Below, piece by piece: positions 15,460 to 27,839 of a DNA stretch of 64,000 nucleotides. The notes beneath the pieces were generated by a model. It saw only the letters and a program-made list of their open reading frames with translations, was not told the DNA's origin and made no database searches. The translations under genes and the position numbers were made by a program. Origin of the DNA: the human T2T-CHM13v2.0 reference genome, Homo sapiens; assembly GCF_009914755.1 (NCBI RefSeq), contig NC_060935.1. One strand, 5' to 3'. Numbering within the stretch: the stretch's first letter is position 1; each line of letters begins with the position of its first letter.

Positions 15460-15762
15460 ATCTCAAATGAAAATGTGTGGCACTGAATTTGGTAGCATTA
15501 AAAAGAGAGTTTATTAAAGTATTTGGATTCAATATCAATATGTTTACTGTATATTATTATACATAACAAAGTGTGAAGATATGGCATTATGGCAGCTAAG
15601 AGAAAATATGACTCCAACTTAATATTTATTGAACATCTATTATCAGCTTGCTACCCTGAAAGATACTAGGAATAAAACAGTGAATAAAATAGGCACAGTT
15701 GCTGCTATCTGACAATTTAAAGTAATGATGAAAAGAGAAACACAATTCCATCCAATAATAGC

Positions 15763-18700
15763 TCCAAGATGGCAGACTGGAGGCATTGTTAGCATGCCTC
15801 TCCCACTTGGAAAGGAAAAACAGTGAGTAGAGATTCATGCTGTGAACTTTTTTCCAAGAAGCAACACTGGAATTTAACAGAAAAACTGAAGAAAACCACA
15901 GACCCTCTGAAAGAAGTGGTGGGCTACAGCCTACACTGTGATCCAGGCAGAAAACTGTAAATCCCCGGAGTGTGAGAGGGGAATAAACTGCCTTCGGGAT
16001 ATAAATTCCCACTGGAGAACCTGGCAATCCAGACCACAGGGGAAGGCGTTAACCCTACCCAGCGCTGGAGCTTAGTGAGCAGTCCAGAGTATATGAGAAG
16101 GAGCAACATCAGAATGTGCTTTACATGCACTCCCAGTCTCCAGAGGTGATGGAAAGAAGCCACTCTAGGGCTTACCTCACAGGGGACCCCACAGAAGTCA
16201 GCCAGTTAACTCAGGCAGCAGTCACATGTTGAGAGAACCTCCCAATTGAGCTTCATGATATAATCTCAAGTGTGGACAAACTTCCTTGGCCTGAACTGAG
16301 GGGCGAGTGGGAAGTGGGTTGTAGCTACCTGCATAGAAACTGGGTGCCCCGGATTCATGGGCATACTGGGAGGGGCATGACCTGAAAGCTGCAGTTTCTG
16401 TCTCCCCCTGGAAGGCTTGTGGCCTGGGGCAGTTTTGAGTTCTCAGTGCAGACTGCCTGGAACCTAGCTAGCTGATGCTAGTGGAACACTGAGGGTATGA
16501 GACCTGCCTTGCTATGCATATGGGAGCTGGGTGGGGCTTATTGCCACCTGCTAATCCCCACTCTCTGTGTGGAGTATTTTGTGCAGAAGAGACAGCTGTG
16601 CTCCTCCCTGGAACATTACCACAGTGGCTACAGAAAAATCCCTCCAATTCCCAATGGGGCCACTGATTGTGCCTGCATGTGGAGAGACAGAGTATGGATT
16701 TATCTGACCCAGCCCCCACCTGGCTTTGCCTCCCCACCTGCCTTGGTAGCTTAACACAAAGGACAGAACCTTTAAAGAATTTTATGTACCTATCCATTCC
16801 CTGAGACACCACAGTATCTCTCCTGGGTAACATAAGGCAAGCACAAATTCCACCGCTACCTCTGCAGCTGATGTTCTTTTCCAAGTGCCATTTCCTGGAT
16901 GGAAGCCAACCAACACAGTCCATTACAGCATCTGCAGGCAGAATAACAGTGCCCAAGAAGGAGAAAACTTGTATGTGACCTCAGCTATCACTATTGCCTG
17001 CATTACCCTGGATAACCAGGAGGTCCTGAGTCTGTCCACATGACCAGTTCATTACTACTACAGCTGGCATTTGAGAAAGCCAACACACCAAGGCTATTTA
17101 TAACCAAGAATATCACAGAGCCTACATCACTTCCTGGCCACCTGCATCAGACTTGCTGCTGGTACCCGCTTCTGGGAGACTTGAGGAGAGGTCACATAAC
17201 TAGATCTCTTGCAGACATTTCCCAGCGCTATCCTGGAATGTGGCAGCCCCACTGGCTGGCTGCACCAAGAGGACCAGCAGCATTCACAGTAGTCCAGCCC
17301 CCAGAAACTTCTAATTCTAGGGGAAGAAGGAGTGCACAACATCAAGGGAGCACCCCATGGGACAAAAAAAAAAAAATCAGATGGCAGGTCTTGAGTCCCA
17401 GAACATTCCACTTATGGGAAGTTTCTTTCAGCAGAGGCATAGGTGCAGTGCTGGGTTTAGTGGAGAAGGCCTGTGGCTCTACCCTAATAGTCAGGCAACC
17501 CTGGTGCGCGTGAAAGTTCTTGGAAAAAGACACTTTTCTCCCCATCACTCACCATGGCAGGCGCAGATAGAGTTTCTCCCATGAAATCTCAGTGTGGTTG
17601 CATGTGTTGTCGACCTTTCAGGAACACTTCAAAGTGACCACATACCCATAGGAGAATTGCCCTCCAGGTTCAGGATTGCTATGAGGGGATAGAGTCCCAA
17701 TCCCTCTCTAAATGGAATATCAACATCATTGCAGATGAAAAGTGGTGCCTGTCTGATCTGAATAGCCAGCTCACTGGGTCAGGAGTGTGACCAGGAGGTG
17801 AAAGACTTTCTTGCTGGCCTGGCAGGGGAGCTGAGGCAGCTCCCTCCCTTTCCCCTGAAAAGACTTCAGTGCTTTTCACTGAGAACTCCCCCAGCTGCCT
17901 CTGTCAAGGCTGGAACCTCTGCCCATCATTGGGTATTGTATTTACCCACCTGCTTTATCCAAGCAAGTTTTTACCTATGGACACCTCCCCTACTGCCCTG
18001 AAGCCTGAGCTGTTCAACCCAGTAAATAAAATACTGGGAGGAAAATAAATTAAAAATAGTGTACACTACTGGGGAACAAGATAAGCTTCAAGAGATCTCT
18101 ATCATTCCAAACCCACAGGAGACAGCGAACCTGCTCACACACCAAACACATTGCTACTACAACCTGCATCTGAAAAAGCCATTATACAAAGACTATAACC
18201 ACGGAACTTGTACAGAGTCTTCATTCCAGAAAGCACCCAGAGCCAAATTAGGTTACAAAAACTATAATCATTAAACTCACATCCTCAAGGGGAAAAAAAG
18301 AAACTACAAAAACCAGCTGAATCCAAAATAAATTCAAAAATTAATTAGAAAAAAATCGTGTACCCAAATGAGAAGGAACCAGAATAGTAATTCTGGCAGT
18401 ATGACAAAACAGGGTTGTATAACACTCCCAAAAGATCACATTAGCTCTCCAGCAATGTATCCAACTCAACATGAAATCCTTTAAATGCAAGATAAAGAAT
18501 TCAAAAGGTTGATTATTAAGTTACTCAAGAAGAAACAATAGAAAGGTAAAAACCAACAAATAAATCTAAAAATTCACAATATGAAGGAAAAACTTGCTAA
18601 GGAGATAGATATTTTAAAGAAAAACCAATCAGAACTTCTGGAAATGAAAGACACATTTATGTAATTACAAAATGCAGTAGAAAATTTTTAAACACAAACT

Positions 18701-19979
18701 ACGTGAAGTAGAATAAATAATTTCAGAGCTTGAAGAAAAGGTTTTTGAATTAACCCAATCAGACAAAAATAAAGAAATAAAGAGAAGAAATTAGCAAAGT
18801 CTTAAGGAAATATGGGGTTATGTAAAATAGCCAAACTTAAGAATCATTGGTATTCCTGAGGGAGAATAACAAGCAGAAAGTTTGGAAAAATTATTTGAGG
18901 AAATAATTGAGGAAAACTTCCCTGTCCATGCTAGAGATTTAGACATCCAAATACAAGAAGCCCAAAGAACTCCTAGGAGATTCACTGGAAAAAAGATATC
19001 ACCAAGGCATGTAATTATCAGGCTATCCAAAGTCAATGTGAAGGAAAAAATTCTAAGAGCAGTAAGACAAAACCATCAGGTAGCCTATAATAGAAAACCT
19101 ATGAGACCAACAGTAGACTTCTCAGCAGAAACCTTCTCAGCAGAAACCTCAGCCAGAAGGGATTGAGGTCCTATCTTTAGCCTTCCTAAACAGAGTAACT
19201 GTCAGTCAAGAATTTTGTATCCAGAAAAGCTAAGTTTCATAAATAAGAAATAAAGTATTTTTCAGACAAGCAAATGTTGAGAGAATTTGTCACCACCAAA
19301 CCAGCTCTATAAAAATGTTAAAAGAAGTTCTAAATTCTGAAACCAAAAGTCAATATGCATCAGAATAGAACCTCTTGAAAGCATAAAACTCACAGGGCCT
19401 ATAAAACCATAATGCAATGAAGAAAACAATGTATCTAAGTAACAATCGACATGATGAATGGAACACTACCTTCCATCTCAATATTAATGTTGAGTGTAAA
19501 TGGTCTAAATGCTTCACTTAAAAGATATGGATTGATAAAATAGATAAAAATTCACAAACCAAATATTTACTGTCTTTAAAAGACTCACCTAACACATAAG
19601 GATTCTTATAGACACAAGGTAAAGAGGTGGAAAAAGATATTGCATGCAAATGAAAACCAACAGTCGACAGGAGCAGCTATTCTTACATCAGATAAAACAG
19701 ACTTTAATGCAGCAACAGTAAAAAAAAAAAAGGCAAAGAAGGTCATTATATAACAATAAAAGGATCAATCCAACAAGAAGATATTACAAGCCTAAATATA
19801 TATGCACCAAACTCTGGAGCTCCAGAGAGTAGATTTTAGGTCCTCCTACCACCAAAACAAAAAACAAAACCAAAAAAAAAAAACAAGAAAAGTAGCTACA
19901 TGAGACGATGGAATGTTAATTTGCCTCACTGTTAGTAATCAACATGCATATGTATATCAAAGTATGCTATACACCTCAA

Positions 19980-19990
<11 letters not shown>
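15763..19990 (+). mobile_element. L1PB/L1MA-type element: long 5'UTR, ORF1 and ORF2 start, joined to an L1 3'UTR end
   Basis: CCAAGATGGCAGACTGG start; ORF1 start ATGAGAAGGAACCAG at ~18368; ORF 18882-19166 is ORF1p; ORF2 endonuclease from ~19451 ends abruptly at 19823. Confidence 0.85.

Positions 19991-20020
<30 letters not shown>
19980..20020. repeat. (TA)n(CA)n microsatellite
   Basis: Seen directly in the sequence. Confidence 0.95.
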
Positions 20021-20099
20021 AAATAATTTTTAAACAGCCATTGCCATTTCTAAGCCTGAAAAGCAGTGGGAAGAAATAGTTCTTAATACTGACAGGAGC

Positions 20100-20352
20100 T
20101 ATGCAGAGGGGGACCACCTGACAGGATCAGTGGTTTTTAGTAGAGAAACACAGGCACTGTCAAACAGTGAGCCAATAGGAAGAGAGTCAGAAAAATAAAT
20201 CCTCTACTTGTAGTCCCTGCTGCCCTCTGATCTCCCACCAGTGCCTCCCCCTGGCCAAATCCAACAATAAACCAGAGGCCATAGATTTTAAACTCTGGAT
20301 ACAGAGCAAGGTGGGAAAGACATCTGGAGAGACAGATAGGAAATAGCCAACA
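20100..20352. mobile_element. Ancient ERVL/MaLR-type LTR fragment
   Basis: CCCACCAGTGCCTCCCCCTGGCCAAATCCAAC...ATCTGGAGAGACAGAT resembles old LTR33/MLT-type sequence (from memory). Confidence 0.4.
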
Positions 20353-20439
20353 AAGGGGGCATCTGCATTTTATATATGTGTGTATATGGAGAGAAAACCC
20401 ACGATAAAGGAAGTGGTAAAACATGAAGTATAGACTAGA

Positions 20440-21150
20440 AAATACATCCACTGGAAAATGGCTCCTGAAGAGGCTGAATTGAGCTGTTTGTATTGGGGAG
20501 AGGAACAGACATTCAGGGATTCACACCAGAAGGAGGGACACCTCCTCCCAACCCTTCATCATGACACAGAAGACTATCTAAGAGTGCTTCCCATGGGACT
20601 AGGGGCTGAGTAATTCTGTTCCCTAAGTTGAGTTTGATACTCCTCTAAAATCATGGGGAGGTCACTTGGGGTGGTGGTGAGAAAACTCCAAGTATTGGGG
20701 CACACAGGAAGAAAATTAGAGGAAGCCTCATGGAGCACATAGGGAGTAGCAGAGAAGGTCCAGGGCATCTTGGCGCTCCAATTTGTTCAACAGCCCAAAC
20801 CCCACGGGAGAGAATGAGATGTACTCTCAGCAACCAAGTGATAAAAGAGAGGTGTAGCCAAGAGAACAGAAGCAGCTACAGAAAGCAATTCCATTTAGAA
20901 AGGATCTGTCCTGGATCTCCTAGCAGGGAGGAACCAAGAGGCCAGAGATGAGAAGCTGTTTCCTTTTCTGTTCATAGGTCTCTGTCTTGGTTGCTGCTGC
21001 CTGTTTTTCTCCTTCCTCCCTAACTTTCTCAGTTTGATCCTTCCAACTCTGGCCCTCTTTTCCCTCGAGATCCTCACCTGTGCAGAGACAAAGGCCTGAG
21101 ACCTGGAGAAAAAGTGAGAAAAAAGTGAGAAAAATGAATCTGAGGTCTTT
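20440..21150 (+). promoter_or_regulatory. Candidate promoter / 5' non-coding exon region of OR56B4 with O/E (EBF) site
   Basis: Palindromic TCCCATGGGA at 20589-20598 with TAATT at 20611; region is homologous to 44975-45620 upstream of the paralog. Confidence 0.5.
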
Positions 21151-22254
21151 TCTGGACATGCTGGAAATAATAGAAATCCCTACCAGTGGAAGTACACACT
21201 CCTGCCTCATGGAGTCTGACACAGAGGAAGAGCTCTATAAATACTGAAGGAATGGTGAAAGCAGGAGATCCTGCCACTTAAATCACACATTTGAGACTCC
21301 CAAAAATAGTTATTGATTTCACCAATGCCCAATTAAAAAAAAAATTAAGAACTAGAAATAAACATCAAATCACCTAAATAAATACAAACGTTTATCAGAA
21401 AAGGATTAGCCAGTGCCGTAAGAGAGAGAGCTCTAGAGAGGGTTTAAAGTTCAGAGCTAGAATAGATGTTGACTATCACCATTTCTTTTGTATAGTTTTG
21501 AATATTCTAAATATTGTCATAATATGCAAAATAAAAATAAAAGTGTACATTATTCAAAACTATCGTAATGATAGGTAATACATTTTTCTGCCAAAAACAG
21601 AAAATTTGAAAGAGACAATAATTTAATAAAAAGCTGCTAGCTTTGGAAAGTACTACTGTAAAATAACTGTATTTTGGAAAACATTTCCTTAAAATTATAA
21701 TAATCAGGTTTATTAGGTAACAATAGCCAATTAGAAAGTATAATGGAGGGAGAAGGTAACAATAATGGAAAAAAAAATCCAAAAATACCTATGACAGAAA
21801 GGAAAAACATAATACTTCTGAATGGAAAGAATCAATGAGATAATGACATCACTTCTTCCATAATTGATTTACATGTTTTAATATAATACTCAAAAAATTA
21901 CAACCAGTTTTTTATTAATTTTTAAAAAGTTATTTGAAGTTAGTAATAAGAATCTCTTCTACAAAATAGCAAATAAACTAATTCAATTGGTACATGCACT
22001 AAAACCAGAAAAGATTGTGCAGGCAGGCAGTGATCTTTGAATATATTTTAAAATTTAATATATGACAAAAAAAGGGCATTGCAAACTAATGGGGAAGAGA
22101 GGGGTTATTTACTGAATGGTACTGGAACAATGGTCTAGTTATTTGCGGGGGAATATTAATTTAGAGACTTTCTCGCTTTATCAGTTAAAAATTATTTTTT
22201 TAATAAATTTTTATAAAGAAAATGCAAACAAATGGTTATTGAAATACTGAATTT

Positions 22255-22575
22255 GGCAGGGTGTGTTGGCCCACGCCTGTAATCCCAACACTTTGGGAGA
22301 TCCCAGCACTTTTGGAGACCGAGGCAGGCGGATCCTGAGGTCAAGAGATCGAGACCATCCTGGCCAACATAGTGAAACCCTCTCTCTACTAAAAATACAA
22401 AAATTAGCTGGGCGTGGTGCTGCACGCCTGTTGTCCCAGCTACTTCGGAGGCTGAGGCAGGAGAATTGCTTAAACCCGGGATCAGAGGTTGCAGTGAGCT
22501 GAGATCATGCCACTGCTCTCCAGCCTGGGCAACAGAGCAAGACTGTTTCAAAAAAAAAAAAAAAACAAAAACAAA
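22255..22575 (+). mobile_element. AluS (Sc-like) with internal 18-bp tandem duplication
   Basis: Alu dimer; ATCCCA(A/G)CACTTT(G/T)GGAG occurs twice at 22282-22317. Confidence 0.92.
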
Positions 22576-22663
22576 ACTGAGTTTACATTATTAAAAGCTT
22601 ACTAGTCATGAAATAATTAATTTTAAAAGTGCAAATGTTAGGACTACATAAAAGTTTAAATGT

Positions 22664-22960
22664 AGCCTGGTGCAGTGGCTCATGTCTGTAGTCCCAGCTT
22701 TTTGGGAGGCCAAGACGGGCAGATCACTTGAGCCCAGGAGTTTGAGACCAGCCTGAGCAATATGGTGAAACATCATCTCTACAGAAAAATACAAAAATTA
22801 GCCAAGCCTGGTGGTTCACGCCTGTAGTCCCAGCTACTCAGGAGGCTGAGGTGGGAAGATTGCTTGGGCCCATGAGGTCAAGGCTGCAGTGAGCCGTGAT
22901 CATGCCACTGCACTCCAGCCTGAGTGAAATAGACCCTGTCTTTAAAAAAAAAAAAAAAAA
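22664..22960 (+). mobile_element. AluJ
   Basis: CACTTGAGCCCAGGAG and GGTCAAGGCTGCAGTGAGC diagnostic of AluJ; poly(A) tail; TTAAATGT on both flanks. Confidence 0.92.
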
Positions 22961-23072
22961 ATTAAATGTTTGCATGTGCATAATACATTTTTAAAGGATA
23001 AATAGAATTTAACAGAAAATGAATTGGAGGAAAATTTCCCAGAAAATTCAACAGATAGAGGTAATATCCTTA

Positions 23073-24234
23073 TGAGACGAATATAGGCCAATTGCACTGC
23101 TACTTACAAGCTTTTGGCTATAAATTTGATTGGGAAGGATACCAAGTGGTCTGGAAATGCTCTGAATTTTACTTTTTCTACTCCCGATTAATCAGGAGTT
23201 GACAATGCCATGAGCACGACTATCTGCATGATTGAGGAGCATGTACTGTGTCTGTAGGGTAAGGTGGGAAGACAGGTTTGTGGAGTGGCACCAACAGGAC
23301 TGATTGTGTGTGGGCTGCCCCACATTTCTTCGGGGGATGCTTATGTGAGAGTGGGCCTGGTGAAAGAGTTACCAAGCCACCCACACCCCTAACACTGTTC
23401 TAGATGGGAGACGAGAACGGACCGGCTTCTCCCCATGCTGTACACCTCTAGAGGAGCCCTAGGGCCAGACCAGGTTAGGTACACAATCTTTTCAAATTTT
23501 GTATGGTTGCCAGCTTATTTCTTTCACTTGTTTACTGTAATATCTGATGTTTTTTATAATTTTGTATTTAGTTATAACCATGGGAGGGGTAGTGAATAAC
23601 AAGATAATACTGTGAATCTCCCTCCTTCATCCCCTCTAACTTCTTTTCTCTTCATTTTTCCCCCTAGCCTCTTGCATCCCTTTCTTTTCTACTTTGTCCT
23701 ACAACTATCATATGAACAGCCTTCTCTCTTTGTGTGTGACTGTTATAAAATTTCAGTTTTCAAAATTAAATTCAGGTGTCTGCTCAAATGAGGGGAGTTG
23801 TTTTTTTTTTTAATGCTCAGCAGAGTACTTTTCTTTTTGTTTCCCCCACAAACCCATCAGTCTGGGAGAGCATTGGAAGAAGAAATCATGCTGCTTGGGA
23901 TGCTATATTATATAAAATGTATGTAAATGTCTCTTCATTTGGGCTGGGGTTTGCATTGTACCCTTGGCTGTTAACCAAAGGGAGAGGCCAGTGGGCAAGC
24001 GGACCTCACCCTGCCTAGCAGTGACAGAGACCCCAGCCACTCTGTGTGGGCAGGGTGCTGTCAAGACCAAATTTCCAGGGGGAGGTCAGGGCAAAGGAGG
24101 TGGGGGGAACTTTTGGGAGTGAAGAAGTAGCTCTTTTTTCTCATGTGGAGTGTTTACACATTGCTGTAACATTTGAACTTTCTGAGATGTAATAATTTTG
24201 ATAATAAAATTCTTAACCATAATAATCTTTAAAA
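23073..24234 (+). pseudogene. 5'-truncated processed retrocopy of an unidentified mRNA 3'UTR
   Basis: Non-repeat UTR-like sequence interrupting an L1ME; AATAAA at 24203-24208; short A-rich tail; degenerate TSD 23057-23072 / 24235-24250 (12 of 16 identical). Confidence 0.7.
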
Positions 24235-24314
24235 AGAAGTCATATTCTCAAGATATAGTGAAACTCATACATATTAATAAGGTTGTGCTGCCAGACTCCA
24301 TGGTAAGCACTTTA

Positions 24315-24445
24315 CTATTTTTATTTTTATTGTTAATATTTTAATAGTTTTGGGGGAACTGGTGGTGTTTGGTTACATGGATAAGTTCTTTAGTGGTAAT
24401 TTCTGAGATTTTGGTGCATCCATCACCCAAGTAGTATATACTGCA
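24315..24445 (-). mobile_element. Very short L1PB-type 3' end insertion
   Basis: T-rich tail plus TTTGGTTACATGGATAAGTTCTTTAGTGG; perfect 15-bp TSD ATGGTAAGCACTTTA at 24300-24314 and 24446-24460. Confidence 0.9.
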
Positions 24446-25309
24446 ATGGTAAGCACTTTAAAAACATTATTTTCTTTAGTACTACAAGACAAATTGGATA
24501 AATAACAAATAGACAATAAGATAAAATAGAAAATTAATGAGTAAGCTTATAAATGGAAAATGAGTGCTTGAAAATTAAAATTTACTAAACAATGAAGTGA
24601 ACACTAAAACAAAATTGATATATCAATTTTCATTCTATTATATTAATAGAATAATTAATAAATATTTTAAATTAAAATTCCCAGTTTTGGCATGGACATG
24701 ATGAAACAGACACACTCATGAACAAATTCTGTGTGTGTAAAGTACTACAATGTACCTATTTTAGTATACATCATTTTAGTATACATCAAGAGCATTCAAA
24801 ATCCCCATACTTTCATACAGGGTCAGAATAACCTCTTTAAAAGACAATTTGTCTTGTCAAATCAATATCGTTTCATTCCATTTGACCCAGCAGTTCAGTT
24901 CTTGGAAATTATTATGTGGAGAAACTTATACATATGCATAAAGATACAAGAAAAAGTACATTCACAGCTTCATTTTTTATAGTAGAAAATGCTGGAAACA
25001 GATTAAAAGCCCAACAAATATACAACCTACAGAATCTTTAAGAAAGTGAGCTTACATTTACTTTTTATGGGTGGATTTTTCCGTGGGCCAACTGACACCT
25101 ATTGGAGGAAGAAACATGTCTGATAACTTTTTGATGTTTTCTTGCAAACTTCCTTCTGTTTCAAACTCACATGTTTACTGAAAGAAAAACAATTTATGAG
25201 GAGAGAAAGGGAGAAAATATTTGCAAAATCTCTGACAAGGGATTAATAACCAGAATATATATGAAACTCACTAGAAAAAAACAGATAATCCAACTAAAAA
25301 GGAAGCAGA

Positions 25310-25581
25310 GGCTGGGTGCGGTGGCTCACGCCTGTAATTCCAGCACTTTGGGAAGCCGAGGCGGGTGGATCACTAGGTCAGGAGATTGAGACCATTCTGG
25401 CTAACAGAGTGAAACCCAAAATACAAAAAATTAGCCAAGCATGGTGGTGGGCGCCTGTAGTCCCAGCTACTGGGGAGGCTGAGGCCAGAGGCAGAGCTTG
25501 CAGTGAGCCCAGATTGTGCCACTGCACTCCAGCCTGGGCGACAGAGCAAGACTCCGTCTCAAAAAAAAAAAAAAAAAAAAA
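25310..25581 (+). mobile_element. AluY with two small internal deletions
   Basis: GGATCACTAGGTCAGGAGATTGAGACCATTCTGGCTAAC and GAGCTTGCAGTGAG are AluY-type. Confidence 0.9.
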
Positions 25582-26295
25582 GCAGAATATCTGAACAGAT
25601 ATGTCAAAAGAAGACATACAAATGGTGAATAGCTATATTAAAAACTGCTCAACATCACTAATCATTGGGGAAATGAAAATCGAAACCACAAGAGATATCA
25701 TCTCATTCCAGTTAGAATGGCTATTATCAAAAATATGAAAGTGCAAGCAAAGGTGCAGAGAAAGGGGAATGTTTGTACACTGTTGGTGGGATTGTAAAGT
25801 AGTACAGCCATTATGGAAAACAATATGGAGGTTCGTCAAAAAAACTAAAAAGAGAACTACCATATGGTACAGCAACTTCACTGCTGGGTTTATATCCAAA
25901 AGAAAGGAAATCAGTAAATAGAAGAGATATCTGCACTGTCATGTTTATTGCAGCACTATTCACAATAGCGAACATATGGAATCAACCTAAGTGTTCATGA
26001 ATGGATGAATGGATAAAGAAAATATGAGATATATATAGAGAGATATATATAGATACATACACACTATATATACACACACTGTATATAGTATAGAGAGTGT
26101 ATATATATATCCAATGTGATACGCACACACACACACAGTGGCCTATTATTCAGCCACAAAAAGGAATAAAATCCTGTCATTTGCAGAAACATGAATGGAA
26201 CTGGAGGTTATTGTGTTAAGTGAAATAAATCAAGTAGAGAAAGACAAATATTACATGTTCCTACACATGTTTGGGAGCTTAAAAAGTGGATCTCA

Positions 26296-26535
26296 GCTGG
26301 GCACGGTGGCTCACGCCTGTAATCCCAGCACTTTGGGAGGCCAAGGCAGGCAGATCACCTGAGGTCAGGAGTTTGAGACCAGCCTCGCCAACATGGTGAA
26401 ACCCCGTCTCTACTAAAAATACAAAAATTAGCCGGGTGTGGTGGCACACACCTGTAATCCCAGCTACTCGGGAGGCTGAGGCAGGAGAATCGCTTGAACC
26501 TGGGAGGTGGAGTTTGCAGTGAGCCGGAAAAAGAA
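26296..26535 (+). mobile_element. AluSx lacking its 3'-terminal ~45 nt
   Basis: Alu stops at GCAGTGAGCCG; TSD AAAAAGTGGATCTCA at 26281-26295 and 26536-26550. Confidence 0.9.
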
Positions 26536-27839
26536 AAAAAGTGGATCTCACAGAAGTAATGAATAGAATGGTGGTTACCAGAGGCCGGAAAGGGTGGGGG
26601 TAGGGGAAGAATAGAGGGTGGCTGATGGGGACAAAAATACAGTTAGGTGGAAGAAATAAGTTCTAGTATTCAATAGCACAGTAGGAAAATTATAGTTAAT
26701 AATTTACTGTATGTTTCAAAATCGCTAAAAGAGAATTGCAATGTTCCTAACACAAAGAAAAGATAAATGCTTGAGGTGATGGATATCCTAATTACACTGA
26801 TTCGATCATTACACATTGTATACATGTATCAAAATATCACATGTACCTCCAAAATATCTACAACTATGATATATCAATTCTAAAAATACAAAAAAAAAAT
26901 CATTAAACTATAGGGCATCTAGGTGGTAGAAAATAATGCAACTTAACTGCAGTATGGAAATATGGAGCAGTCTTCAAAATATTAAGTTAAAAAAGAAAAG
27001 GAAAGAAAAAAGGAGAAAGGTGTGCTAACAATTGATTATGTCTTTTATGAAAATTATATATATATATATATATATATGTTTTTATCCATGCATAAACTAT
27101 TAATGGAAGGATTCCCAAGAAACATATTACTGGCTGCCTCTAGTGAAAAGGAAAAAGATTTCAAAGCCCCAAGCATGAGAGTCTTACTTTTCATTGTTTA
27201 TATTTTTCATTTTATTTTGATTTTTACCATGTATAGATAATATATCTTAAAATAAAATCAAAATTATATTTAAAATTTTAAGACTATTATATCCTTTGTA
27301 TATATAATTTTTGCATCACTTTTGAAACTCTACTCAAGGAAAACAATATTAAAAGCAAAATACCTGTCAGTAAATTATAGAATAGCCAAATGCAAAAATT
27401 TAAAGCAGCAATTAAAATTAACATCACACTTTTTAAATAATATTGTGAAGTCTTTGGTTAATGTATTCATCCATGAAATAAAATTTTTGAGTGCTTATAT
27501 TACATCTTAACACATACTGCTAAAAGACAAAAACAAGATACAAAATCATCTCTAGATAATGATGTAGACTGTTTAAAAATAAAATAGAAAATTGGAAATA
27601 AATCAAATACTAACATTTGTTATCTGTTAGTGATAAGACTGTTGTTAATATATGTGGACATGCTTATTAGACATACAAGTGGTGATGAAAAATAGTTATT
27701 CCAACTCTTCTGTTTAGAATTTTTTTGCTTTTTTTGTTATTCCTCTGTGGAATATTTCCAGAAGTCAAATAAAGTTGAGGGTCATTCATGAATAAAAGGA
27801 GCTGGTTCATTATTGAGGGGCTCTTACCAAGACACTTAA

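Larger units (their letters stand above)
21450..23072 (+). mobile_element. Ancient L1ME-like ORF2 fragments (interrupted by Alus and a retrocopy; continue to ~25050)
   Basis: AT-rich degenerate L1 ORF2 motifs (GAATGGTACTGGAACAATGG; CCATTTGACCCAGCAGTTC at ~24878). Confidence 0.6.
25205..26900 (+). mobile_element. L1MA-type 3' fragment containing two Alus and a (TA/CA) repeat
   Basis: ORF2 C-terminal and 3'UTR motifs (GAGGTGATGGATATCCTAATTAC); A-tail at ~26890. Confidence 0.88.

Noticed and set aside
16468-17584. Cluster of overlapping 60-160 aa ORFs
   Set aside because: They lie in a GC-richer L1 5'UTR and show no protein motifs.
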